Shown here piece by piece: positions 35,118 through 44,542 of a DNA stretch of 64,000 nucleotides. Both the position numbers and the translations under genes were made by a program. The DNA is from Alphaproteobacteria bacterium (GTDB lineage Bacteria; Pseudomonadota; Alphaproteobacteria; GCA-2731375), in contig CBDDBZ010000039.1 in NCBI GenBank assembly GCA_965225945.1, positions 480,001 through 544,000 on the forward strand. The letters are read 5' to 3'. Each line of letters starts with the position of its first letter. The stretch's first letter is position 1. Below the pieces are notes generated by a model. That model searched no databases. It was not told the DNA's origin and saw nothing but the letters and a program-made list of their open reading frames with translations.

Positions 35118-36386
35118 ATGCGTTTCGGCGTGTTTTACGAGTTGCAGCTACCGCGACCCTGGAACGAGGGCGACGAGCATCGCCTGTTCAAGGAGGCGCT
35201 GGAGCAGGTGGTACTGGCCGACCGGCTCGGGTTTGATTTCGCCTGGCAGGTGGAGCACCATTTCCTGGACGAATACTCCCACTCCTCGGCGCCGGAGGTC
35301 TTCCTGGCGGCGGCGGCGGGGCGCACCCGCGACATCCGGCTCGGCCACGGCATCCGCCAGGTGATCCCGGCTTATAACCATCCGGCGCGGACGGCCGAGG
35401 GCCTGGCGACGCTCGACCTGCTGTCGGACGGGCGGGTCGAATTCGGCATCGGCGAGGGGGCGACCCGGCTCGAGCTCGGGGCCTTCGCCATCGCCGCCAA
35501 GCGCAAGCGCGCCCTGGCGCTGGAGGCGGCGGAGCAGATCTGCAACATGATGGTGCTGACGCCCTATCCCGGTTTCGAGGGCGAGGGCTTCACCATGCCG
35601 TGTCGCAATATCTTGCCCAAGCCCTATCAGAAACCGCATCCGCCGCTCTGGATGGCCTGCACCAACCGCGACACCATCAAGATCGCGGCCCGAAACGGCG
35701 TCGGCGCGCTCGCCTTCTCCTTCCTCGACCCCGAGGAGGCGCGGACCTGGTCGAAAATCTATTACGACATCATCGAAAGCGAGGACTGCGTGCCGCTCGG
35801 CTGGTCGGTCAACGCCAACATCGCCATGGTCTCCGCCTTCTCGATGCACGAGGACCGGGCCGAGGCGATCCGCCGGGGTCAGGACCATTTCGAGTTCTTC
35901 CGCTATTCGCAGCAGAGGCTGGTGGCCGAGGATTTCGTGCCCGGCCACTCCAACATGTGGGAGGATTTCGTGGAAAAGAGGGGCGATGCCTCGGACGCCC
36001 TGATCCAGGCGGCGCTGGCGCGTTCCGAATACGACGGCGCCGGTATCGGCACGCCGGGCGACATGGCCCGCCATCTCGCCGCCATGCGGGAGGCGGGCAT
36101 CGATCAGGTCGTCTTCCTGCAGCAGGCCGGCCGCAACACCCACCGCAACATTTGCGCTTCGCTCGAGCTCTTCGCGGCCACGGTGATGGCGGATTTCCAC
36201 CGCGACGCCGCAGCACGCGAGGCGGCGAAGGCCGAGCGGTTGGCGCCCGCCATCGCGGCGGCGCTGGCCCGAAAGCGCTATATGGCGCCGCTCGACAAGG
36301 CGGCCACGCCGGTGGTGAAGGCGGCGGTAAAGGCGGCCACCTTCGATGCCCTGAAACAGCGCCAGGCGGCGAGCGGCGAGGATTGA
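35118..36386 (+). CDS. LLM class flavin-dependent oxidoreductase
   Basis: WQVEHHFLDEYSHSSAPEV, LDLLSDGRVEFGIG, PKPYQKPHPP. Confidence 0.92.
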   Translation: MRFGVFYELQLPRPWNEGDEHRLFKEALEQVVLADRLGFDFAWQVEHHFLDEYSHSSAPEVFLAAAAGRTRDIRLGHGIRQVIPAYNHPARTAEGLATLDLLSDGRVEFGIGEGATRLELGAFAIAAKRKRALALEAAEQICNMMVLTPYPGFEGEGFTMPCRNILPKPYQKPHPPLWMACTNRDTIKIAARNGVGALAFSFLDPEEARTWSKIYYDIIESEDCVPLGWSVNANIAMVSAFSMHEDRAEAIRRGQDHFEFFRYSQQRLVAEDFVPGHSNMWEDFVEKRGDASDALIQAALARSEYDGAGIGTPGDMARHLAAMREAGIDQVVFLQQAGRNTHRNICASLELFAATVMADFHRDAAAREAAKAERLAPAIAAALARKRYMAPLDKAATPVVKAAVKAATFDALKQRQAASGED

Positions 36387-36413
36387 GGTGGTCCGCGACC
36401 GGATCCGACGCCC

Positions 36414-36803
36414 TCAGCCCTTGGCGGCGGTCGCCTCGATCTCGACCAGCATGTCGGGCGAGGCCAGGCCGTCGATGAGCAGCAAGGTCGAGGCCGGCCG
36501 GGTGTCGTCGCCGATCACCCGCTTGCGGGCCGCCCGGTAGCCCTCGATATGGCGGGGATCGGTCAGGAACACGGTGAACTTGACCAGGTCGCTTTTGCGC
36601 ATGCCGGCCGCGCGCAGGCAGGCCAGCACGTTACGAAACGCCTGTTCCGACTGCTTGCGGATACCGTCGGCGAGCTTGCCCTTGGCATCGATGCCGACCT
36701 GGCCCGAGATCACCAGCCATTCGGCGCCCGCCGCAACCTTGACGGCGTGGCTGTAGACGCCGATCGGCGGATGCGAGGCCTTGGGATTGACGAATTCGTT
36801 CAT
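36414..36803 (-). CDS. RidA/YjgF family protein
   Basis: YSHAV, ISGQVG, RPASTL, LVEIEATA. Confidence 0.9.
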   Translation of the reverse strand: MNEFVNPKASHPPIGVYSHAVKVAAGAEWLVISGQVGIDAKGKLADGIRKQSEQAFRNVLACLRAAGMRKSDLVKFTVFLTDPRHIEGYRAARKRVIGDDTRPASTLLLIDGLASPDMLVEIEATAAKG

Positions 36804-36907
36804 CTTGCTTTCCTCCCTGGCGCCGGGTGCTGTCCGGCATATGGGATGATGGCGGATCGGACGGGTGCCGCCAAGCGAGGCGTGGCGCAAGACGGGGGAC
36901 CGCGGCC

Positions 36908-38146
36908 ATGACACTCGATCTGATCCTGCGCGAGGCCCGGCTTGCCGGCATGGCGGGCGAGACCCCGGATGTCGATATCGCGGTCCAGGACGGCCGCATC
37001 GCGGCCATCCAGCCCGGCCTCGTCGCCGAGGCGACGGCGGAGCTCGCCCTCGACGGCCGGCTGGTCTCGCCCGGCCTGATCGAGAGCCACATCCATCTCG
37101 ACAAGTCTCGCATTCTCGATCGCTGCGCGCCGGCGCCGGATCGCGGCACCGATCACATGGCGCGCGTGGCGGCGGTCAAGCCCGGCTTCACGCTCGAGGA
37201 TGTCCACGCCCGCGCCGGCCGGACGCTGGAAGACTGCATCTCCCACGGCACCACCCACATGCGCACGCACGTCGAGGTCGACGCCAATGTGGGTCTCCTG
37301 GGCTTCGAGGCGATCCGCCGCCTCGCCGACGATTACGCCTGGGCGATCGACCTGGAAATCTGTGTCTTCGTGCAGGAGGGCTGGACCAACGCGCCCGAGG
37401 CCGATGCCAACGTGGTCGCCGCACTTCGCCAGGGAACGCCGGTGGTCGGCGGTGCCCCCGGCTACGATCCCGATTCCGCCGGCCAGATCAGCCGGATCTT
37501 CGAACTCGCGCAGGAATTCGACGTCGATGTCGACATCCATCTCGACGTCGGCTGGAGCACCGACGACATGGATATCGAGCAGGTGTGCCGCTTGACGGAC
37601 GACTTCGGCTGGGGCGGCCGGGTCGCGATCGGCCACGGCAGCAAATATTCCTGCCTGCCGCCGGCGGAGTTCGCCCGGCTAGGACGTCGGCTGGCCGACG
37701 TCGGGATCACGCTGGTAGTGCTGCCGGCGACCGACCTCTTCACCATGGGCCGCCATCAGAGCCATTCGGTCATGCGGGGCGTGGCGGACGCCAATGTCTT
37801 GCTGGGCCAAGGCGCCAACTGTTGCCTCTCGACCAACAACGTGCTGAACCCCTTCACGCCGTTCGGCGACGGCTCGCTCATCCGCATGGCCAACCTCTAC
37901 GCCAACACGGTCCAGCGTGGCTCCGACGCCGAGCTGGCGCAATGCTTCGAGATGCTGACTGCGCGCCCGGCCCGGCTGCTGGGACGCGAGGACCACGCGC
38001 TGGCCGTCGGCAACCCGGCCGACCTGGTGGTCTTCGAGGCGGCCTCGCCCGAGGCGGCGATCCGGACCGTGGCGCCGGCGATCATGGGCTTCAAGCGCGG
38101 CCGGCGGAGCTTCACCCGACCGGCCGTGAGCCTGCACCGGCCCTGA
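36908..38146 (+). CDS. Amidohydrolase, cytosine-deaminase-like
   Basis: PGLIESHIHLDK, GTTHMRTHVEVD, GNPADLVVF. Confidence 0.9.
   Translation: MTLDLILREARLAGMAGETPDVDIAVQDGRIAAIQPGLVAEATAELALDGRLVSPGLIESHIHLDKSRILDRCAPAPDRGTDHMARVAAVKPGFTLEDVHARAGRTLEDCISHGTTHMRTHVEVDANVGLLGFEAIRRLADDYAWAIDLEICVFVQEGWTNAPEADANVVAALRQGTPVVGGAPGYDPDSAGQISRIFELAQEFDVDVDIHLDVGWSTDDMDIEQVCRLTDDFGWGGRVAIGHGSKYSCLPPAEFARLGRRLADVGITLVVLPATDLFTMGRHQSHSVMRGVADANVLLGQGANCCLSTNNVLNPFTPFGDGSLIRMANLYANTVQRGSDAELAQCFEMLTARPARLLGREDHALAVGNPADLVVFEAASPEAAIRTVAPAIMGFKRGRRSFTRPAVSLHRP
38041..38146 (+). repeat. 106-bp direct repeat, copy 1 (amidohydrolase 3' end)
   Basis: Matches 39447-39552 with 3 mismatches. Confidence 0.9.
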
Positions 38147-38207
38147 CGCATCGGCCGATTTATTGACTTTCCAGACCCGACAAGACATAGACCAGCCGAC
38201 CATCTGC

Positions 38208-38250
38208 CCCCCACCCGACACGCCTCCGGGCCTCGGGTGGGGTTTTGCTT
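38208..38250 (+). terminator. Hairpin plus U-tract in the leader of the NYN remnant
   Basis: ccccacccga...tcgggtgggg followed by ttttgcttt. Confidence 0.55.
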
Positions 38251-38265
38251 TCCAGGGGAGGGCCA

Positions 38266-38372
38266 TGCCGCCTGAACCGGATACCAAGCGCGCCGTCGCC
38301 TTTAACGACGGCCAGAACTTTTACTAGAGGGCCAAGGAGGCATTCGGGTAGCGCTACCCGAACCACGACGTC
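38266..38372 (+). pseudogene. NYN domain protein N-terminal remnant
   Basis: Manual translation MPPEPDTKRAVAFNDGQNFY*RAKEAFG*RYPNHD after RBS ggaggg. Confidence 0.65.
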
Positions 38373-38413
38373 GGGGATCGGCCGGATGCGCCGGCGAGCG
38401 GATAAACCCTTCA

Positions 38414-38953
38414 ATGGCCAGCGCCAGACAGACGCAGGAAAGATATCGCCAGGTGAGATCCCTTGCGTACCAGGCAACGGCGCGCGTGCTGAGACAGGGG
38501 CTCGCTCCCCAGGCCCGGCTGACCGAGATCGGACTCTCCGCCCTTCAGATATATCGGGAGACCTGGCCGGACGCCTATGGCCTACGCGGCCATGAGGTCC
38601 AATTCGACTGGGATAGTCTCTTCCGCCACTACCGCCGCAAATACAGCCGCTTCGAAGCTGCCCTTTGGGACGATGACGCTCTTTGTGGTCTCTGCTACGG
38701 CATGCCCAGTCAAGGTCCCCAACACCTAACCTTGCAATTCATGGAAGCCTACGAGGGCGAACATTCGCTGAAAGGTTTGGTAATCGATATCATGCATGAA
38801 GCAGCAAATGCCTACGCCTTCGCCCTTGGAAAACAAGAGCTTAGGATCGAAGACCCAGTCGAGGCCGCAATCCCGCTATGCCTGCGGCGGGGTTTCGAGC
38901 TTGCATCCGAGACCCGAGGGCGCACATATTACAGCAGAAAGGTGGTCCCATGA
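38414..38953 (+). CDS. Hypothetical protein with possible GNAT-like fold
   Basis: FDW..RFEAALW..LCGLCYG..LQFME..LKG..AYAFALG..LRIEDP..RGF pattern suggests an acetyltransferase topology. Confidence 0.6.
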   Translation: MASARQTQERYRQVRSLAYQATARVLRQGLAPQARLTEIGLSALQIYRETWPDAYGLRGHEVQFDWDSLFRHYRRKYSRFEAALWDDDALCGLCYGMPSQGPQHLTLQFMEAYEGEHSLKGLVIDIMHEAANAYAFALGKQELRIEDPVEAAIPLCLRRGFELASETRGRTYYSRKVVP

Positions 38954-39174
38954 GCCGTTTGGCACGGTCTGTCGGCTTTCAGCAGTCTGCCCCGAAGCGG
39001 GTCAAGGCGCGCCTGCGCGACCCCTTTGTCGCGCAAGCTGCCGCCCGCCTGCGCCGATACAAAGGCTGGCTGCGCCGCCTGTCCGACGAAGAACTGGCCG
39101 AAGCCGCCGAGTATGAAGGCGGCGTCATGGTCGGTCGCGCGGAAGCCTTCCGGAAAACCACCAAAGACGAGTGA
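38950..39174 (+). CDS. Small hypothetical protein (74 aa) coupled to the upstream ORF
   Basis: ATGA overlap at 38950-38953. Confidence 0.55.
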   Translation: MSRLARSVGFQQSAPKRVKARLRDPFVAQAAARLRRYKGWLRRLSDEELAEAAEYEGGVMVGRAEAFRKTTKDE

Positions 39175-39311
39175 TCTAGCCAAAGTTCACGTGAGAACCG
39201 AAAGACGAGTGCGTTTCCTGGTCATCCGGCATTAAGACCCTGCCTGCAGGGCAGGCCGGTCACTCCGGCGATGACGAGCCACCGAGCGGCCTCAATGCTG
39301 TCAATCTGTCC

Positions 39312-39347
39312 GAGAGCCCCGGCCCCAGAGGTCGGGGTTCTGCGTTT
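39312..39347 (+). terminator. Probable intrinsic terminator
   Basis: agagccccggcc..ggtcggggttct followed by gcgttt. Confidence 0.5.
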
Positions 39348-39446
39348 CGCCTACCGCTTTCTACTGTTACGCTTGCGGCCATGAGAACACTCGCGGTCAT
39401 CCTGTTCGTTCTCACCCTCCCCGTCTCGACCCTCGCCGACGTGACG

Positions 39447-39552
39447 GGCCTCGCCCGAGGCGGCGATCCGGAGCGTGGCGCCGGCGATCATGGGCTTCAA
39501 GCGCGGCCGGCGGAGCTTCACCCGGCCGGCCGTGACCCTGCACCGGCCCTGA
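39447..39552 (+). repeat. 106-bp direct repeat, copy 2
   Basis: Duplicate of the amidohydrolase tail including its stop codon. Confidence 0.9.
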
Positions 39553-39607
39553 TTGCCCGCCGCCCGGACGGCGGGTAGCATCGCCGCGCATCGGAGGAGG
39601 GGAAACC

Positions 39608-41626
39608 ATGCTCTGGGTCGGAGTCGATATCGGCGGCACCTTCACCGACGTCGTCGCCCATGACGCGGGAAACGGCCGGGTGCTGGTGGGCAAGAGCCCC
39701 TCGATCCCCGACGATCCGGCAAGCGCCGTGATGAACGCGCTTTCTGCCCTCGAGCTCGATCTCGGCGCCGTCGCCCGCTTCCGCCACGGCGCCACCATCG
39801 CCACCAACACGGTGCTGGAGCGCAACGGCGCCAAGCTCGGCGTGATCACCACCCGGGGGTTCCGCGACGTGCTGATCGTCGGCCGGGGCCACCGGAGCGA
39901 TCTCTACGACATCAAGGCGACACGACCGGAAGGTCTGGTCAAGCGCTCGGCGGTGATCGAGGTCGACGAGCGGCTGGGCCCGGGCGGCGAGGTGTTGCTC
40001 CCGCTCGACGAGGCAGGCGTCGCGGCGGCGGCGCGAATGTTGGGGAAAAGGGGGGTGGATGCGGTGGCGATCTGCTTCCTGCATTCCTACGCCAATCCGG
40101 CGCCCGAGGCCCGCGCGGCGGAAATCGTCGCTTCCGTGCTGCCCGGAACCGCGATCTCGCGATCCTCCGAGGTGCTGGCGGAACATCGCGAATACGAGCG
40201 TTTCGCCACCACCGCGCTCAATGCCTATGTGGCGCCTGCGATGTCGCGCTATCTGAGGGAGTTGGAGGATCGGCTGGGCCGGGCCGGGCTCCGGGCGGCG
40301 CCGGAAATCATGACCTCCAGCGGCGGTTCCTGGCCGTTCCGGCGGATGGCGCGCCTTCCGGTCAACTCCATGCTCTCCGGCCCCGCCGGCGGCGTGATCG
40401 GTGCGGTGGCGTTGGCCGCCGAATTGGGCGAGGCCGATCTCGTCAGCTACGACATGGGCGGCACCAGCACCGACGTCTGCCTGATCCGCGAGGGGCGCTA
40501 TGGGCTGCAAAGCGAGGGCGAGATTGCCGGCCTGCCGAACCGCGCGGCGCAGATCGAGATCAACTCGGTCGGCGCCGGCGGCGGCTCGATCGCCTATCTC
40601 GATACCGGCGGGTTCCTGAACGTCGGGCCGCGCTCGGCCGGCGCGGTGCCGGGACCGGCCTGCTACGGCCGGGGCGGCGAGGAGCCGACGGTGACCGATG
40701 CCAACGTGGTGCTGGGCCGCTTCCGCCCGAGCGCCCCGCTGGGCGGCGAGATCGAGATCTCGCACCAAGCTGCGGCGCGCGCCATCGAGGGGCTCGCCCG
40801 CCGGCTCGGCCTCGATTCCCCAACCACGGCCGAGGGCATCGTGCGCATCGCGGTGACGCGGATGACCGGGGCGATCAAGGAGATCTCGGTGATGCGCGGC
40901 CTCGATCCGCGCTCCTTCACGCTCTTCGCCTTCGGTGGCGCCGGGCCCTTGCACGCAGGCCTGATCGCCGAGGAACTGGGCATGGCTCGGGTCGTCGTGC
41001 CGCCGCTTTCCGGCGCCTTCTCCGCCCACGGCCTGCTGGTCGCCGACAGCCGGCGCGATCTTTCGCACACCCGGATCATGGCGCTGGAGGCCGTGGATCT
41101 GGCCACCGTCCGGGCGATGCTGGCGCCCATGCGCGAGGCGGCCCGGGCCGAACTGGCGGCGGACGGCTTCGCGCCCGAGGAGATGCGCTTCGAGGAATTC
41201 GTCGATCTCCGCTACGTTGGCCAAGCCTACGAACTGACCACGCCGCTGGATCCGGGAATGGCGCGGATCGAGGAGCTGATCGAGGCCTTTCACCGGGTCT
41301 ACGAGCAGCGCTACGCCCATCGGGACGCGGGCCCGGTGGAGGCGGTCTCGTTCCGGCTGTCGGCCCATGGCTTGACCGAGAAGCCGCCCGCGCCTGGACT
41401 CGAAGGCGGTGGCGGGACGGCGCGGCTCGGCGAGCGGAGCGTGCGCTTCGGCGACGAGGCCTTGGAAACGCCGGTCTGGCGCCGCGAAGCGCTGGTCGCC
41501 GGCACGCGGCTCGACGGCCCGGCGGTGATCGAGGAGGCGGGCGCGACGACCCTGGTGCCGCCAAATTTTCGCCTCGAGCGACACCGCGGCGGCGCCCTGA
41601 TCCTGACCCGGGAGGCGGGCCCGTGA
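39608..41626 (+). CDS. Hydantoinase/oxoprolinase subunit A
   Basis: GVDIGGTFTD, HGATIATN, SGPAGG, DMGGTSTD, GPRSAGAVPGPACY. Confidence 0.94.
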   Translation: MLWVGVDIGGTFTDVVAHDAGNGRVLVGKSPSIPDDPASAVMNALSALELDLGAVARFRHGATIATNTVLERNGAKLGVITTRGFRDVLIVGRGHRSDLYDIKATRPEGLVKRSAVIEVDERLGPGGEVLLPLDEAGVAAAARMLGKRGVDAVAICFLHSYANPAPEARAAEIVASVLPGTAISRSSEVLAEHREYERFATTALNAYVAPAMSRYLRELEDRLGRAGLRAAPEIMTSSGGSWPFRRMARLPVNSMLSGPAGGVIGAVALAAELGEADLVSYDMGGTSTDVCLIREGRYGLQSEGEIAGLPNRAAQIEINSVGAGGGSIAYLDTGGFLNVGPRSAGAVPGPACYGRGGEEPTVTDANVVLGRFRPSAPLGGEIEISHQAAARAIEGLARRLGLDSPTTAEGIVRIAVTRMTGAIKEISVMRGLDPRSFTLFAFGGAGPLHAGLIAEELGMARVVVPPLSGAFSAHGLLVADSRRDLSHTRIMALEAVDLATVRAMLAPMREAARAELAADGFAPEEMRFEEFVDLRYVGQAYELTTPLDPGMARIEELIEAFHRVYEQRYAHRDAGPVEAVSFRLSAHGLTEKPPAPGLEGGGGTARLGERSVRFGDEALETPVWRREALVAGTRLDGPAVIEEAGATTLVPPNFRLERHRGGALILTREAGP

Positions 41627-43662
41627 CGGCGCTCGATCCGATCACTTTGGAGGTGGTGACCGAGGGCTTGATCTCGGTGGTGCGCGAGATGCGGGCGACC
41701 GTGTTCCGCACCGCGCGATCGGTGGCGATCCATGAGGCCCGCGATTTCTCCTGCGGCCTGTTCGACGCCTCGGGCCAAGTGGTCGCGCAGTCGGAGGATA
41801 TCGGCAGCCACGTGGTGCCGCTGCCCTGGTCGGTAGAGGCCTCGCTGGCGCGCTGCGGCGACGATTTGGCGCCGGGCGACGTCATCGTCATGAACGATCC
41901 CTATCTGGGCGGGACCCATCTCAACGACGTGACCTTGATTTACCCGGTGTTCCACGAGGGCGAGCTGGTGTTCTTTCCGGCCGTGCGCGAGCACTGGGCC
42001 GACGTCGGCGGCGCCGTGCCGGGCTCGATGTCCGGCTCGGCCACCGAGATCTACCAGGAAGGCATCCGCATCCCGCCGGTGAAACTGGTGGAACGGGGCG
42101 AGATCAACAAGGCGGCGATGGAGATCCTGCTTTCCAACATGCGGGTGCGCGAGGAGCGCGAGGGCGACTTCAACTCCGGCCTCGCCGCCTGCCGCACGGC
42201 CGAGCGGCGGCTCCGTGAGCTGATCGAGCGCCATGGCATCGAGACCTTGCAATCGGGGATCGCGGGCAACCTCGAGCGCTCGGAAGCCCGCATGCGGGCC
42301 GGGATCGCCGAGCTGCCGGACGGCGAATTCCTGCACGAAGACTATCTGGAGACCTTCGGCCCGGCGCCCGAGCATCGCCTGGAGCCCTTGTTGCTGCCAC
42401 TCCGCCTCACCATCGAGGGCGAGGAGCTGGAGGCCGACTTCACAGGTGCCGCGGCGCAGGCGGCGGCACCGGTCAACTCGACACTCGCGGTCACCGCCGC
42501 CGCCGTCTTCATTGTCTTGAAGTCGGTGCTCGACCCGAAGCAGGCGCTCAATCACGGCTCCTTCCGGCCGGTTCGGGTGATCGCGCCCGAGGGCACTATC
42601 GTCAACGTCACCCATCCCGCCCCCGCCGGCTCCCACGGCGAGATCCGCAAGCGGGTGATCGCCACCATGCTGGGGGCGCTGGCCCATGCCTGCCCGGAAC
42701 GCTCCAGCGCCGACATCCACCGCACCAGCTTCCACAATCTGCTCGGCGGCGTCGATCCGGCTACGGACAAGGAGTTCGTCCACTACGAATGGGCCTCGGG
42801 CGGCAACGGCGGCTTCCTGGAGGCCGATGGTCCAAGCGCCATGGCGGCGATCGACTGGGGCGATCTCTCCACCGTCCAGCCGACGGAGGTGTTGGAGGCC
42901 CGTTTTCCGCTGCACATCGAGTGGACCAAGCAGGCGATGGATTCGGGCGGCCCGGGGCGCAAGCGCGGCGGCCTCGGGCTCCGGCGCGCGCTCAGGCTGA
43001 CCCGGGGGCGGGCGTCCTATTCGCTGCTCGCCGACGGCGCGGTGGTGCCGCCCTTCGGAATTCTCGGCGGCGAGAGCGGTGCGCCCGTCGCCAGCTATCG
43101 AAGAATCGACGGCGTCGACCATCCCTTCGCGACGCCGGGCAAGATCGGCGGCCACCAGATGCACGAGGGCGACGTCGTCGTGCTGCAGAGCGCAGGCGGC
43201 GGTGGCTACGGCGATCCGTTGGAACGCGCGCCCGAGGAGGTGCTGGAGGACGTGATCGAGGGCTATGTTTCGCTCGACCAGGCGGCGGCGCTCTATGGCG
43301 TGGTCATCGCCGGCGAGACCATCGAGGTGGCCGCGAGCGAGGCGCTCCGCGACCGCTTGCGCGTGAAACGCCTTTGGCTCCAGCCGTTACCTTGCGAAGC
43401 CGAGGCCTATGAGGCGATCGGCGGCGGCACCAAGCGGATCGCCCGGCTGAACCCGGTGGACACCGGTGCTGGCGGCATCGGCGAGGACGACATGATCGAG
43501 CTGCTCGGCGTTCGCGGCGCGCCGCTGCGCGCCTGGGCCCGGCTCGACGCGGCCGTCGAGGCTGGAAGGCTGCCGCTCGACGATCGCGCGCGCCGCATCC
43601 TGCGCCCCGAGGCGGGCGAACGCCTTTGGGTCCGCCCCGTGCACAAGGCCCTGCTCTCGTGA
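41623..43662 (+). CDS. Hydantoinase B/oxoprolinase subunit with C-terminal extension
   Basis: DFSCGLF, NDPYLGGTHLND, SGGPGRKRGG, GGGGYGDPLER. Confidence 0.93.
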   Translation: MTALDPITLEVVTEGLISVVREMRATVFRTARSVAIHEARDFSCGLFDASGQVVAQSEDIGSHVVPLPWSVEASLARCGDDLAPGDVIVMNDPYLGGTHLNDVTLIYPVFHEGELVFFPAVREHWADVGGAVPGSMSGSATEIYQEGIRIPPVKLVERGEINKAAMEILLSNMRVREEREGDFNSGLAACRTAERRLRELIERHGIETLQSGIAGNLERSEARMRAGIAELPDGEFLHEDYLETFGPAPEHRLEPLLLPLRLTIEGEELEADFTGAAAQAAAPVNSTLAVTAAAVFIVLKSVLDPKQALNHGSFRPVRVIAPEGTIVNVTHPAPAGSHGEIRKRVIATMLGALAHACPERSSADIHRTSFHNLLGGVDPATDKEFVHYEWASGGNGGFLEADGPSAMAAIDWGDLSTVQPTEVLEARFPLHIEWTKQAMDSGGPGRKRGGLGLRRALRLTRGRASYSLLADGAVVPPFGILGGESGAPVASYRRIDGVDHPFATPGKIGGHQMHEGDVVVLQSAGGGGYGDPLERAPEEVLEDVIEGYVSLDQAAALYGVVIAGETIEVAASEALRDRLRVKRLWLQPLPCEAEAYEAIGGGTKRIARLNPVDTGAGGIGEDDMIELLGVRGAPLRAWARLDAAVEAGRLPLDDRARRILRPEAGERLWVRPVHKALLS

Positions 43663-43676
43663 CTGCGGGAATCGAG

Positions 43677-43763
43677 GCGGCGCGGGAGGAGATCCTGCCC
43701 TGGCTCGACATCCTGGTGGCCCATCTCGCCGCCAGCGACCATGTCGCGGGCGAGGCCTTCGGC
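43677..43763 (+). repeat. Diverged duplicate of an internal GST segment (45386-45472)
   Basis: 87 bp with about 7 mismatches. Confidence 0.8.
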
Positions 43764-43842
43764 AATGTGGGTTTAATCGGGACGACCTACCAAAATGCGT
43801 ATCGCCAATCCCTTCGAGGGCACTTGGTTTCGGACAATTCCG

Positions 43843-44076
43843 TTATTTGTTTTTCTCGCAATTGGATCCAACCTCGGCACACCGTGTTAGCGGTTCAAGG
43901 GCGCTGCCGATATCGCCGAAGAGGTTATTCAGTTCGGCGCCTAGGGCGAAAACCGTGGACAGGATCGCGATCGAGATACCGGCAACCAGCAAGCCGTACT
44001 CGATCGCCGTGACGCCTCGCTCATCTTCCCCAAACTTAGTCGAGAGGAAGCGCATCTTAGGCCAGAGTTGCATCAT
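43843..44076 (-). CDS. Flp family type IVb pilin
   Basis: DERGVTAIEYGLLVAGISIAIL motif. Confidence 0.88.
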   Translation of the reverse strand: MMQLWPKMRFLSTKFGEDERGVTAIEYGLLVAGISIAILSTVFALGAELNNLFGDIGSALEPLTRCAEVGSNCEKNK

Positions 44077-44542
44077 CGAGCTGCCCTCCGGCCGATATGA
44101 TAACACAGGGAGCCTAATCAAGCCGGCAAAACGTACACCGAGGCAAAGCCGAGGGACTTTTTCACGTTCAATCACGAAGCCGGGGAGGGCAACAGGATGA
44201 TCCGGATCTGGGGCCGGCCGAATTCGATCTGCACCCAACGAGCGCTCTGGGCCCTGGAGGACACGGGCGTCGAATATGCGCTGACGCTCGCTAGCGCGAC
44301 CATGGGCCCGGACGGCCACGTCTCGACGGGTGCCCGGCCCTTCGGCCTGGTCGACAGCGCCGAATACCGGCGGATGAACCCGAACGGCACGGTGCCGACG
44401 ATCGACGACGACGGATTCGTGCTCTGGGACTCCAACGCCATCGTCGCCTATCTCGCCATGGCCTACGCGCCCGAGGCGCTCTACGGCGGCGATCCGGCGA
44501 GGCTCGCCCGGGCGCAACAGTGGATGGCCTGGAGCAACGAAC

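Noticed and set aside
11728-38342. Genome-wide TAG reassignment, suggested by in-frame TAGs in slt and the NYN remnant
   Set aside because: TAG terminates udg, the EEP gene, motA, motB and RDD at their expected ends, and the NYN remnant is truncated anyway.
38041-39552. Diversity-generating retroelement template/variable repeat pair
   Set aside because: Only 3 mismatches, not adenine-specific, and no reverse transcriptase in the window.
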